Shown: one piece after another, positions 17,734-26,858 of the stretch
Position numbering within the stretch: position 1 is the first letter of the stretch
How the letters are laid out: each line of letters starts with the position of its first letter
Assembly: GCA_044345055.1 (NCBI GenBank)
Contig: JBIJBT010000034.1
Location: 1-26,858, forward strand
DNA from: Bdellovibrionota bacterium
GTDB taxonomy: Bacteria > Bdellovibrionota_C > UBA2361 > OMIW01
Reading direction: 5' to 3'
Length of the DNA stretch: 26,858 nt
Position numbers and translations under genes: made by a program
Notes under the pieces: model-generated
The model's database searches: none
What the model was told of the DNA's origin: nothing
What the model saw: the letters and a program-made list of their open reading frames with translations, nothing else

Positions 17734-18468
17734 CTAAAATAAAACGCTTAATCCACGTCTATAATCCCTATTTTGGTCCTCAAACAAATTAGTTAATCCG
17801 CTCTCAAGTCGATCCCAATCGCCATACTGCGAATAATCATGATCAGCTTTGAACTGAACATTCCGGCTATTCAGCAGTTCCAATTTTTCATCGACCTTAT
17901 CGATATGTGAGGAATATGAAAAATCTATCAGGTAAGGAATAAATCCATTGTCTTTATCGAGGATTATAACAATATTACCAGGATGTAAATCTCCGTGTAT
18001 CATCCCCAATTCATGAAATTCCTCTATAACGCTTCTGCATTTCTTGCAAATTTCTACCCACTGATCTGCAAACATCAATCCGGTGGCCGCTGCTACAGCA
18101 AAATCCTCTAGAGACGTTCCGTCACCCAATCGCTCCATCTCTATGAAACTTGGATCTAATTCAAATGTTGTTGGCATATGCTTGAAATCAACTGATTCAA
18201 GATAACTGTAGATTTCCGCCTCAAGATCGACTAGCCCTGGGCTCCCTATTTTATCAGTTTTTTTTAGGCTACCGCTTCCCAAATCGATTAGATTCGCGTC
18301 TGATCCTCTCTCGAAGCGAGTTTGTGGAGATTCTGGTCGGGCCACCACATTGTAAATGTGTTCCGTATCATTTGGATTATACCGATTCTGATTAGGCAGT
18401 CTTGCAGAGTTCGAATCAACTTGAGGACACACTGCTCTTCGTTGATTGTTAAATATTTGCTCAGCCAT
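17734..18468 (-). CDS. Small protein-kinase-like protein (Bud32/RIO/Kdo-like fold)
   Basis: EAEI helix C, IEMERL hinge, catalytic loop FHELGMIHGDLHPGNI, LIDFS metal-binding loop. Visibly more AT-rich than its neighbours. Confidence 0.82.
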   Translation of the reverse strand: MAEQIFNNQRRAVCPQVDSNSARLPNQNRYNPNDTEHIYNVVARPESPQTRFERGSDANLIDLGSGSLKKTDKIGSPGLVDLEAEIYSYLESVDFKHMPTTFELDPSFIEMERLGDGTSLEDFAVAAATGLMFADQWVEICKKCRSVIEEFHELGMIHGDLHPGNIVIILDKDNGFIPYLIDFSYSSHIDKVDEKLELLNSRNVQFKADHDYSQYGDWDRLESGLTNLFEDQNRDYRRGLSVLF

Positions 18469-18693
18469 CTGTTGCGCCCTTTGTAACGTTGAAGCAATTT
18501 GTGCCGTCTACTAAATACCCTTCCGGTTATGGGTTCCTGAGTAGTTGATGTGTGATTAAGGGCGACAGTTATTTTTCTGCCCAACGTAATCACACCTAAA
18601 CACCTCCTCAAACCCTCCCAAACTACCCCCTAGCGCACTGTGCCTCTCTATAGTAGTAAAACTACCCAACCACCAAATACTACCGATCTATTT

Positions 18694-19353
18694 ATGCCAG
18701 CCCCTGATCCAGCCCAATCGCCGCCGCCTGCTCAGCTGGATGATGATTTTGATATTGCTGCGATGCCGGTGCCTGCGGCTAGTCTTTTGCAGAATCTGTC
18801 GCCTACTTTGCGACAGCTTGGGGGAACTCTTGTGGATCAGGAATTGTGGTGTCTTGGTGGAGATGCGCGGCAGGGTCGCGATAATCCGCTGATAGCTTAC
18901 GGTTTTTGCCGTGAGGCTTCGCCAACGAATGTTCGGGGATCAACCGCTTACCGGTTCGAGCACAACGGAAAAGAGCTTGTTGTGTGGGGATGGGGCATGG
19001 CGTACGCCGAAAAAGGGGTGGGAGCGATCTTTATTAGACGAAACGTTTTTGATCCGCTCATGCTCTGTGTCGACACGATTCCTCACCTTCATCATCCTCA
19101 GGGGTTTGTTTCACTTCTTTCCCGGAATCGAATCCCTGATTTCGCCAACGGTCATCACCTTTTACGGGGCCTTGCGAATGAATTTGCCCGCTACGAGGGG
19201 TGGGTGCAATCTAATGAAAGGTGGGGCACTGAATATCGAGAGCAGCGGGTGAACGAACGGATTCATGGCAGAGGAGATAGTTCGGGAGCGGTCGCCCATG
19301 TGCCAGCAGCAAAGATGGAAGTGGCGTGGAGCTTGCTCGGTCGGGTAATGTAG
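18694..19353 (+). CDS. Hypothetical protein
   Basis: Long ORF with a Trp/Gly-rich globular core (QELWCLGGD...NPLIAYGF...GSTAY...VWGWG) after a Pro-rich N-terminus. ATG 18694 preferred over GTG 18640. Confidence 0.75.
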   Translation: MPAPDPAQSPPPAQLDDDFDIAAMPVPAASLLQNLSPTLRQLGGTLVDQELWCLGGDARQGRDNPLIAYGFCREASPTNVRGSTAYRFEHNGKELVVWGWGMAYAEKGVGAIFIRRNVFDPLMLCVDTIPHLHHPQGFVSLLSRNRIPDFANGHHLLRGLANEFARYEGWVQSNERWGTEYREQRVNERIHGRGDSSGAVAHVPAAKMEVAWSLLGRVM

Positions 19354-19473
19354 GGTACGCTTTCAAGCCGATAAAACATCGTGCGATATTGACCAGATGG
19401 GATAGTCCTCATAATTTTCGGGGGGCTCGTGCTCTGATGCTCCATCGATTTTTTTTGATGAATCACAAGGCCC

Positions 19474-20439
19474 ATGCCATCTTTTGATCCTGCGTCCAGT
19501 GGTTTTGATGGAGCCCGATTTCCTCCTACTCCGGCTCTCTCAAATAACACTACCGAACCGATAACAGATAATCGTATCTCAACCGGCTCTCCATCCGAGG
19601 CAGCCGCCGCAATCGAAGCTGTGCTCAATCGTAAAGGCTCCGCTGCTGAGCTAATCAATGCTCTCAAAACTCACATCCCACGAATCGGCTATCTCTACGA
19701 GAAAAAGCCTCCATTTGATGGCCAGTATCGACTCGACGATCACTCCCACGCCGTGATTAGGCAATTCGATAAATACTTCGCTGATTCACAACTTCCAGGC
19801 GGAGTTCGTCCAGAGCTCATCAGGCTAACCCTTGCTCTCCACGATGCGGGGAAATACATCCCCGAATCGACGGCTGATCAACACGCTGCGACTCTCGAGG
19901 TGATTAAGAGCATTCGAGACTCTCTTCCTGTGAGCAATGAGGAGTTTTCGATTATGCTCGCACTGATTGATGGAGATCCGATCGGACAGGCTTCGATTCG
20001 GTTGTGCGACAAGACCCGATTTATTCGGTGCTCTCTCTCCAAAACAATCGAGGATCTGCGCAACTATTGTGAAGCAACCGCTCCACCGATTCCCGATGAT
20101 GCAACTATCGATCGCGAATCGAGAATAGCGTTCGATGAGATTTGCAAGATGAGTCAGCGCACCAATCTGTCCGTCGAGGATTTCACGCGAATTCTTGTTC
20201 AGTACTATCAGTGCGATTCAAGTGCATATTCGGTCGATGGCGAGCTCTTGGAAGGCAAACGCGCTCATGCGGCGCTCGAATTTCTGTACTTACTTGGCGA
20301 TAAACTTCCCTCTAAAGAGGGGGAAAAACTTTTCATCATGGACTCTGGATTGGGGATTGTCCGCCCTAGGGAACATTTGATTCGATTATTTGAGAAGATT
20401 CTGGGCGTCGATAATTCTGATATAGATTCTCAGCATTAA
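19474..20439 (+). CDS. HD-domain-like protein (putative metal-dependent phosphohydrolase)
   Basis: H...HD...D pattern: LDDHSHAV, LALHDAGK, QH, YYQCD. Confidence 0.65.
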   Translation: MPSFDPASSGFDGARFPPTPALSNNTTEPITDNRISTGSPSEAAAAIEAVLNRKGSAAELINALKTHIPRIGYLYEKKPPFDGQYRLDDHSHAVIRQFDKYFADSQLPGGVRPELIRLTLALHDAGKYIPESTADQHAATLEVIKSIRDSLPVSNEEFSIMLALIDGDPIGQASIRLCDKTRFIRCSLSKTIEDLRNYCEATAPPIPDDATIDRESRIAFDEICKMSQRTNLSVEDFTRILVQYYQCDSSAYSVDGELLEGKRAHAALEFLYLLGDKLPSKEGEKLFIMDSGLGIVRPREHLIRLFEKILGVDNSDIDSQH

Positions 20440-20481
20440 TGAAGTAAAAGCGATTCCCCTACCCCTTTTTCACCGCTTCCC

Positions 20482-21255
20482 TCACTCCGAACCCCCACCC
20501 CCCAAATACGCGCGCTGAACCTCCGGATCATCGAGCAGCTCGGAGGCTGGTCCCTCGAGGGTTATTTTACCTGATTCGAGTACGTAGCCGCGCGATGCTC
20601 TTGTTAAGGCAAGACGAGCGTTCTGCTCGACGACGAGCACTGTCAAACCTTTTTCATGAAGCCGCGCAAGTGAGTCGAAGATCGCCCGCACCAAAAGGGG
20701 CGCTACCCCCATTGATGGCTCATCGAGCAGAAGGAGCTGTGGTCGTCCCATCAAAGCCCGCGCAATCGCAAGCATCTGTTGTTCGCCACCAGAAAGGGTA
20801 CCCGCAAGCTGCGACGTGCGCTCCCGTAAAACGGGGAATAATTCGTACATCGCAATAAAATCATCAGCTATACCCGATTCATCACGCCGATGATGTGCGC
20901 CAACGAGGAGATTTTCACGCACCGTCATACGTGGAAAAACTCGCCGACCCTCTGGAACAAGACAAAGCCCACTTAATGCCCGTTGCGCAGTGCTTTGCTC
21001 GGTAACATCGGATTGATCAAAAAAAACGGAACCACTCCAGGGCTGAATAAGACCAGCTGCAAGTTTTAGTAGAGTCGTTTTCCCTGCACCGTTGGCCCCG
21101 ACTACCGCGACGAACTCCCCTTCGGTGACACGGAGTGAGACACCATCGAGTGCTCTAATACTGCCATACCCCGCTTGCACATCGTTCAGAGAGAGACTCT
21201 TTCCTCTGCGCTGTTCGGGCGCCCCACTGTTAGAATCGACCTCGTAAGTATCCAT
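20482..21255 (-). CDS. livF: Branched-chain amino acid ABC transporter ATP-binding protein LivF
   Basis: GANGAGKTT, VPEGRRVF, LSGGEQQMLAIARAL, LLLDEPSMG, VEQNA. Confidence 0.96.
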   Translation of the reverse strand: MDTYEVDSNSGAPEQRRGKSLSLNDVQAGYGSIRALDGVSLRVTEGEFVAVVGANGAGKTTLLKLAAGLIQPWSGSVFFDQSDVTEQSTAQRALSGLCLVPEGRRVFPRMTVRENLLVGAHHRRDESGIADDFIAMYELFPVLRERTSQLAGTLSGGEQQMLAIARALMGRPQLLLLDEPSMGVAPLLVRAIFDSLARLHEKGLTVLVVEQNARLALTRASRGYVLESGKITLEGPASELLDDPEVQRAYLGGGGSE

Positions 21256-21277
21256 AGTTCGTAACCGCTCAACACTA

Positions 21278-22273
21278 TCAACCGTCTAAGTCGTTCCCTA
21301 AATACGCTGCGATAACCGCCTCGTCCTGCTGAATTTCGGCCGGAGTTCCCTCGGCGAGTAGTCGACCATTTTGCATAACAACGACCCGATCGCTGACCGC
21401 CATAACCAGATTCATATGGTGCTCAATGAGCACAACCGTCACTCCGCGATCACGAATCGCCTCTATAAGCTCTCCAAGCCTCTCTGTTTCTGCCTCGTTC
21501 ATCCCGGCCGCTGGTTCATCGAGCAACAAAATTTCAGGTTTTGTCGCGAGGGCTCGCGCGATCTCGAGCCGCCGCTGATCGCCGTAGGATAGGGTTGTAG
21601 CACCCCGATCCGTTACTGTTCTCAATCCGACAAACGACAGTAGCTCGAGCGATTCCTTAATTATTCGGCGCCGATTATCAGGACCAGCGCGAAGCTGCGC
21701 ACCAGAAAGAACCACCTCAAGCGCCGACATCGAGCGAAAAAGCCTTATATTTTGGAACGTCCGCGCAATTCCGCAACGCACGATCCTCTCCGGCGCAATA
21801 ATTCCCTGAGTTCGAATAACCCAGTAAGCTGCGCCCGAGAGAAGCGCAGAAACTAATCCAATACCCCACGTTGAGAGCCACGATTGCTCTTGCCAATACT
21901 GCCCCAGCAGTTCACGAGAAAGCAGCCAATCGAAAGGCTCCTCGTATACATACAGTGCATTGATGCACTGGTCCCACGCCGACTGAATATGGAAGACAAA
22001 CAGAAAAAAAATTCCAGTAATCAGTGCTACGCCGAGTACATACCAAAAGTCGCGCACTCCCGGACGGTGAGCGAGCGGCTCGCCGTTGAGCGAAACCGAC
22101 CCATTTGTTGGCGAATATACCCCAGTTACAGCGTTAAAGAGAGTTGTTTTTCCCGCGCCATTTGGTCCAATCACCGAAACGATCTCGCCTCGATTAATCC
22201 GCAACGATACCTCGTCTACTGCGGTGACCCCACCAAATTGCATTGTGATGCGATCGATGTCGAGTAAGGTCAT
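21278..22273 (-). CDS. livG: Branched-chain amino acid ABC transporter ATP-binding protein LivG with membrane insertion
   Basis: GPNGAGKTT, GIARTFQNIRLF, LSYGDQRRLEIARAL, LDEPAAG, IEH, VIAAYLG. Confidence 0.93.
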   Translation of the reverse strand: MTLLDIDRITMQFGGVTAVDEVSLRINRGEIVSVIGPNGAGKTTLFNAVTGVYSPTNGSVSLNGEPLAHRPGVRDFWYVLGVALITGIFFLFVFHIQSAWDQCINALYVYEEPFDWLLSRELLGQYWQEQSWLSTWGIGLVSALLSGAAYWVIRTQGIIAPERIVRCGIARTFQNIRLFRSMSALEVVLSGAQLRAGPDNRRRIIKESLELLSFVGLRTVTDRGATTLSYGDQRRLEIARALATKPEILLLDEPAAGMNEAETERLGELIEAIRDRGVTVVLIEHHMNLVMAVSDRVVVMQNGRLLAEGTPAEIQQDEAVIAAYLGNDLDG

Positions 22274-23364
22274 GATACCGCCTCATCGCGTGATAGCTTA
22301 TCTGCTAATCGACCAGTTCGCCTTATGGAAGCGGGGAAAAGCCCGTCGGGTCGAAATCGCATCAACACCACTAGCGAAAGCCCGAAAATTATATATTTCC
22401 AATTCATCGGTGAAGTTATAACGCTCCCCGATGAGACAATCCCTGCCTCAGTAAGAAGTGTTGTGAGGCGGGTCAAAACGAGGGAGTTGAATCCCACCAT
22501 GATAAACACCCCAAGAATCGAACCCCAGATATTTCCAATTCCTCCCAAAATGAGGCCACATAAAACAACAACAGAAATCTGCAGATCGTAATTTCCGGGC
22601 TCACCTGTCGCACCAAGATAGCTCGCCCACAATCCCCCAGCCACTCCGCAGAGCGCCGATCCGAGAACCATGGCATACACCTTCGAGCGATTTACCGATA
22701 TTCCCATACATCGCGCAGCGAGCTCATCGTCTCGGAGCGCCGCCCAACTCCGTCCCAAAGACGACCGCTCAATTAGCACGATGAGTCCAACAGCAACCCA
22801 CACCATTGTGAGCAATAGATAAAACCATCCAACTTTTCCAAGCGGAGCACCAAATCCATTCTCAAGAAACTGAGGTCCGGGGAGAGGATTGATACCGATA
22901 GTTCCCTTGGTCAATGGCTCCATATTACGGAGGGCGTCTTGCACAATCTCGCCAAATCCAAGGGATACTATCGCAAAATAATCTCCTCGCAACCGAAGGG
23001 TTGGAATGCCAAGTAATAACCCCGATAGAGCCCCTACAAAGGCGCTTCCGCATAGTGCGGTAGCCCAAGAGAGCTGAAACGGATAGACCGGACTAGCGAG
23101 AATTGCAAAGGTATATGCACCAAGCGCCATGAATCCAGCAACTCCAAGATGAAGCGCACCGGTAGTGCCGGTCACCAGATGTAGTCCCGACACAAGGACG
23201 CCGAACACTAGGATCGGGCAGAGCGATTCAACAAAAACCGAGAGCGACTCCCACACCATCGCTAAGGGGGGCAATGCCGCAAGGGCTAGGAGGAAAAGAA
23301 ACGGAATGAGTTTTGAGCTATCTTGATGGAAATACGCCAAAGCTCTCTTTACGAAACCTCTCAT
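22270..23364 (-). CDS. livM: Branched-chain amino acid ABC transporter permease LivM
   Basis: LRLRGDYFAIVSLGFGEI, GRSWAALRDDELAA, ILGGIG, FRPDGL. ATGA overlap with livG. Confidence 0.95.
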   Translation of the reverse strand: MRGFVKRALAYFHQDSSKLIPFLFLLALAALPPLAMVWESLSVFVESLCPILVFGVLVSGLHLVTGTTGALHLGVAGFMALGAYTFAILASPVYPFQLSWATALCGSAFVGALSGLLLGIPTLRLRGDYFAIVSLGFGEIVQDALRNMEPLTKGTIGINPLPGPQFLENGFGAPLGKVGWFYLLLTMVWVAVGLIVLIERSSLGRSWAALRDDELAARCMGISVNRSKVYAMVLGSALCGVAGGLWASYLGATGEPGNYDLQISVVVLCGLILGGIGNIWGSILGVFIMVGFNSLVLTRLTTLLTEAGIVSSGSVITSPMNWKYIIFGLSLVVLMRFRPDGLFPASIRRTGRLADKLSRDEAVS

Positions 23365-23373
23365 ATCGACACC

Positions 23374-24321
23374 CTAAACCTTTTCCCGAAACGACCGCCC
23401 CAGTATTCCCGAGGGTCGAAAGAGCAGAATCAATATTAGGACCGAAAATACCACGGCGTTGGTCCAGCTCGTCGCGATACACTGATCAGAGAGAGCGCGA
23501 ATTAACCCAATCGCAAGCCCACCGATACACGCTCCCGCAAGACTACCTATACCGCCAAGCACCGCAGCGGTAAATGCATCAAGACCAACCCGATACCCCA
23601 TCTGAAAAAAGATCGTATTGTTGTAGTGGGCATAGACGACACTCGCAAATCCAGCAAGGGCACCTCCAAGAAAAAACGTCCACCTAATCACTGTATCGGA
23701 GTGAATCCCACAAAGTTGCGCCGCGATTGGATCTTGCGCCACTGCGCGCATCGAACGACCGAACCGCGTTCGGTTTACAAGAAGAGATAGGGAAATAAGA
23801 AGCGGAATCGTAACGCAAAAAACGAAAAGATCGCGAAAGGAGATGTAGAGATCACTATTCGAGAGGAGCGGCGCGGATGATATAAGTGAAGGGAAATCTT
23901 TGGGTGCTGAAGCGGAAACGCCGCCATTAAACACCTCCATCGGAACCCCGCCCCAAAAAAGACCAATGTTGAGCAGGATATATGAAACTCCAATAGCTGA
24001 AACAAGTACGACGAGTCGAGGGGCACTCCGAAGCGGTTGATACGCTAACCGATCAATCAATAGATTGATTGAGCCGCATCCAAGAGGCACTACAACAAAA
24101 AGTAGCGACAGACAAAGCGCTGGGTGTTCCGCAACAAAAGGAGCTCCAAGGAGCCCAACGATCGTTAGCGCAAGGAATGCGCCGAGCATAAAAACATCGC
24201 CATGCGCGAAATTAATCAGCTCGACAACGCCATACACCATCGTATAGCCAAGCGCGATGAGGGCGATGATTCCCCCATTTGCGAGCCCAGTCAGTACCTG
24301 TTGAAACAGAAGTGATATCAC
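23374..24321 (-). CDS. livH: Branched-chain amino acid ABC transporter permease LivH
   Basis: ALIALGYTMVYGVVELINFAHGD, GRSMRAVAQD, AFTAAVLGGIGS, FRPSGILG. Confidence 0.96.
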   Translation of the reverse strand: MISLLFQQVLTGLANGGIIALIALGYTMVYGVVELINFAHGDVFMLGAFLALTIVGLLGAPFVAEHPALCLSLLFVVVPLGCGSINLLIDRLAYQPLRSAPRLVVLVSAIGVSYILLNIGLFWGGVPMEVFNGGVSASAPKDFPSLISSAPLLSNSDLYISFRDLFVFCVTIPLLISLSLLVNRTRFGRSMRAVAQDPIAAQLCGIHSDTVIRWTFFLGGALAGFASVVYAHYNNTIFFQMGYRVGLDAFTAAVLGGIGSLAGACIGGLAIGLIRALSDQCIATSWTNAVVFSVLILILLFRPSGILGRSFREKV

Positions 24322-24343
24322 AATCTCTCTCGCTACCCCTTAT

Positions 24344-25561
24344 TCACAAAACCGGCTTTTTTAGAGAGGTCAGAAACTCGAACGTCCCGTTACGGACAAT
24401 ATTCCCGGAAAGTGTCTCAAGGGTCGTATCACCATTTTTGTCAAACGACCAAGTTCCTAATGCTCCGCGATAATCTCGCGTTTCTCTCAGCGCTGCCAAG
24501 ATAGCCGCTCGATCGTTTTTTCCAACCTTGGCGATAGCCTGCAAAACCGCTCCCGCTGCATCGTATCCATACACCGCATAACCTTCCGGTTCGATGCCGA
24601 ATCTGGCTTTATACGCCTCGTAAAACTCTTTTCCCTTACCGGTCAAAAGTCGCGCTGGAAGCCCTGAAAATGTCACGTAAGCTGTATCGTTGAGATTTTC
24701 AGCTCCTGCGGCGCTGATGAAGGCCTGCTCAAAACAACCATCGGGAACCATAAACGCGGCATCAACCCCCGCCGTTCGAAGATCCTTTGCAATCTGTCCG
24801 GCGTTCGATTGGGTGGTTCCCCCAAAATACACCAAGCTCGGGCGGGTCATTCTTATTTTATTCGCAAGAGGTTTGTAGTTTGCCGCTTTTGCGTCTATTC
24901 CCTCAAATCCTACGACGTTTAAGCCGATTTTCTCTGCTGTTTTTTTGAAGATATCGGCTATGCCCTTCCCGTATAGTTCGCGATCATGGAGAACAAACAC
25001 CCGATCTTTTCCGAGCTCTTTGGCCCACTGAGCCGCAGCTGGTCCCTGAATATCGTCCGCTGGAACCGTGCGAAAAAAAGTAACTGCACCGCTCGGACGA
25101 TACATGCGGGGCTCTCCTGGACCTCCCAGCCCCTCCTTGGTCAGCCCGGGCCACGATGCCCCGGGAGTTACCTGAGCCAGACCTGCGCGGTTTAGCTTAG
25201 GTGAGGAGATCTTCGCCGCTCCTGAATTGTATGGCCCAATAAAGGCAACTACTGTCGGATCAGCGATAGCCTTATCCGCATTCGCCCCCTCAAGAACCGG
25301 ATCCCAAGCACCCCGCTCTGGCGATGCATCATCTAGATCATCAAAACGAACGGTCATTCCCCCGACCGTGCTCTTTACCTCCTCAATCGCAAGCCGAATG
25401 CCATTTACGATACTATTGGTCTGAGCATTCGCACTTCCAGTTCGGGGCAAGCTCGAAACGATCGTTACCGTCTCCTCAGCGCTCACCCCCGCACCGACAA
25501 CCATAACGCCCGCTCCAATAAGGAGTCCCAAAAGCCGCGCTTTTACTATGTGCCTCATCAT
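24344..25561 (-). CDS. livK: Branched-chain amino acid ABC transporter substrate-binding protein (LivK/LivJ family)
   Basis: Signal peptide (...GVSA|EE), IGPYNSGAA, FFR..PADDIQG, YGKGIA, YGYDAA, FDKNGD. Strong RBS. Confidence 0.93.
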   Translation of the reverse strand: MMRHIVKARLLGLLIGAGVMVVGAGVSAEETVTIVSSLPRTGSANAQTNSIVNGIRLAIEEVKSTVGGMTVRFDDLDDASPERGAWDPVLEGANADKAIADPTVVAFIGPYNSGAAKISSPKLNRAGLAQVTPGASWPGLTKEGLGGPGEPRMYRPSGAVTFFRTVPADDIQGPAAAQWAKELGKDRVFVLHDRELYGKGIADIFKKTAEKIGLNVVGFEGIDAKAANYKPLANKIRMTRPSLVYFGGTTQSNAGQIAKDLRTAGVDAAFMVPDGCFEQAFISAAGAENLNDTAYVTFSGLPARLLTGKGKEFYEAYKARFGIEPEGYAVYGYDAAGAVLQAIAKVGKNDRAAILAALRETRDYRGALGTWSFDKNGDTTLETLSGNIVRNGTFEFLTSLKKPVL

Positions 25562-25609
25562 CCGTTGCCCCCTCCCTTTCTATCGTGTGTGGGTGAACCG
25601 CGATCCTTC

Positions 25610-26857
25610 CTACTGCGCCAAGGAAACCCCAGCGTGCGCTCCCACATGGGCGACTACCTGCTCCATCCAGCTATCAACCTCCTCGTGTGCAAGAGCACGA
25701 TCGGGATGTTGGAAAGTCACCCGATACGTTATCCGGCGAGCCGTTTCACCCTCCTTGACGAACGAATCAACCGCCTTCACTGAGACAAGATAATCAAGCT
25801 TCATCGACTCGATACTTTGCACTACCGCGCTGCTCCACTCTCGTGGTGGCACGGAAAGAGTAATATCGCGCCGGATCGTTGGAGTATCGGCAACCCGAGA
25901 AGCCGAAAATGGGCGCACCGCTTTCATCAGCAGATGCAGATCAAACTCCGCAAGGAGATGATCGAATCGATATTTCCGAGCAGCCTTTATTTCGGGGTGG
26001 AGCAAGCCAAACGCACCGATACGGGTGTTGCCGATCTTGAGCTCAGCCTGGTATCCCGGGTGGAGCCACGGATTGCGAGATTTTACAAAATGCGGCTCAA
26101 CAAAGAGCGCCCGCGCAACGGTCACGAGTGCACCCTTCAACAATAACAACCGCTCCTCAATCGACTCCTCTTTCCCCCACTCCTCGGTATACCAGCGGCC
26201 ACCGACTGCAAGTGAAAGCACATCCCGCTCGAACTCAAATGGTGAATGTTGATGTTTTTCTTTACTGAAGAGCCGAGCCACCTCGTAACACTTTACCGAA
26301 AGAGAACCGTGTCGCAGATTCTGCTCGAGCAGATCGGCAAGATGGATAATATTTGTTCCTTTGAGAAGCGCGTTGCTCCTGTCAACCGCATTGCTTATTC
26401 GCACATGATTTTCCAGAAATCCTGCAAAAAGCTCCTCGAGCGGCGCAATATCGGTCGGGGTATAAAAGCCCTTCGTGATCACTTCGTGGAACCCGCTTCC
26501 GTGAAGTGGTGAGCGAATTCGGCCCAAAAGCTCCTCTCTTGGTGAGCGCGCTGGAATCACGGGCTCTCGTAGCGGAAGCTCAATCTTCACCCGATGTAAC
26601 CCGATGCTCCGCACCACATCCTCGCACAGATCCTGCTCGTGCGAGACATCCCAGAGACGCCACGAAGGAACAACAACTACAACCTGCTTGGCGGTTGAGC
26701 TGCTATCAATAGTGTAGCCAAGATACTTTAGTCGAGAAGTTACCTCTGTATCACTGAGTCGGGGCAGGTTCATCTCTTCACGAACCCGTTGATAAGAGAG
26801 CGATATCTTTCTAATCTCTCGATCGGTACCGGGCAGCACCGTCATCCCAAGCGGATG
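25610..26857 (-). CDS. pheT: Phenylalanine--tRNA ligase beta subunit, 3' part (continues beyond the window)
   Basis: B5 motif VPSWRLWDVSHEQDLCEDVVRSIG, LHPG, FGLLHP, anticodon-binding domain RRDIT...ITYRVTFQHPDRAL. Frame stays open to the window edge. Confidence 0.95.
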   Translation of the reverse strand, partial: HPLGMTVLPGTDREIRKISLSYQRVREEMNLPRLSDTEVTSRLKYLGYTIDSSSTAKQVVVVVPSWRLWDVSHEQDLCEDVVRSIGLHRVKIELPLREPVIPARSPREELLGRIRSPLHGSGFHEVITKGFYTPTDIAPLEELFAGFLENHVRISNAVDRSNALLKGTNIIHLADLLEQNLRHGSLSVKCYEVARLFSKEKHQHSPFEFERDVLSLAVGGRWYTEEWGKEESIEERLLLLKGALVTVARALFVEPHFVKSRNPWLHPGYQAELKIGNTRIGAFGLLHPEIKAARKYRFDHLLAEFDLHLLMKAVRPFSASRVADTPTIRRDITLSVPPREWSSAVVQSIESMKLDYLVSVKAVDSFVKEGETARRITYRVTFQHPDRALAHEEVDSWMEQVVAHVGAHAGVSLAQ

Positions 26858-26858
26858 A

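Noticed and set aside
17512..17742. Frameshifted continuation of the kinase, or the 76-aa + strand ORF
   Set aside because: The downstream frames I translated show no kinase-like sequence, and the + ORF has no motif.
638..26712. Many short ORFs antisense to or nested in the called genes (e.g. 2833-3219, 6737-7386, 9255-9580, 19263-19667, 21884-22591, 25817-26712)
   Set aside because: They are shadow frames of well-supported genes, without motifs or independent translation signals.

Overview
Bacterial chromosomal window (roughly 50% GC by eye; lineage cannot be assigned from sequence alone). From left to right it holds: an ABC exporter with an RND-type periplasmic adaptor; a Rieske ferredoxin-sufU-alkA unit; a lone flagellin-like gene with degenerate termini; a four-gene operon (RHH-like gene, pspA, yqiJ, flotillin yqiK) whose sigma70-type promoter is covered by phased GTATAC boxes; an Rpn/PD-(D/E)XK nuclease; a ~250-bp highly palindromic MITE-like element; two divergent TelA paralogs flanking an Imm-domain fusion gene and an internally duplicated membrane protein; a DjlA-like TerB+J-domain protein; a small kinase, a hypothetical protein and an HD-domain protein; a livKHMGF operon whose LivG carries an inserted two-helix membrane segment; and the 3' part of pheT. 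The best candidate for an undescribed system is the ~12-kb envelope-stress/anti-phage neighbourhood at 6.4-18.5 kb, especially the TelA/Imm-fusion module. All product calls come from motif recognition, not database searches.
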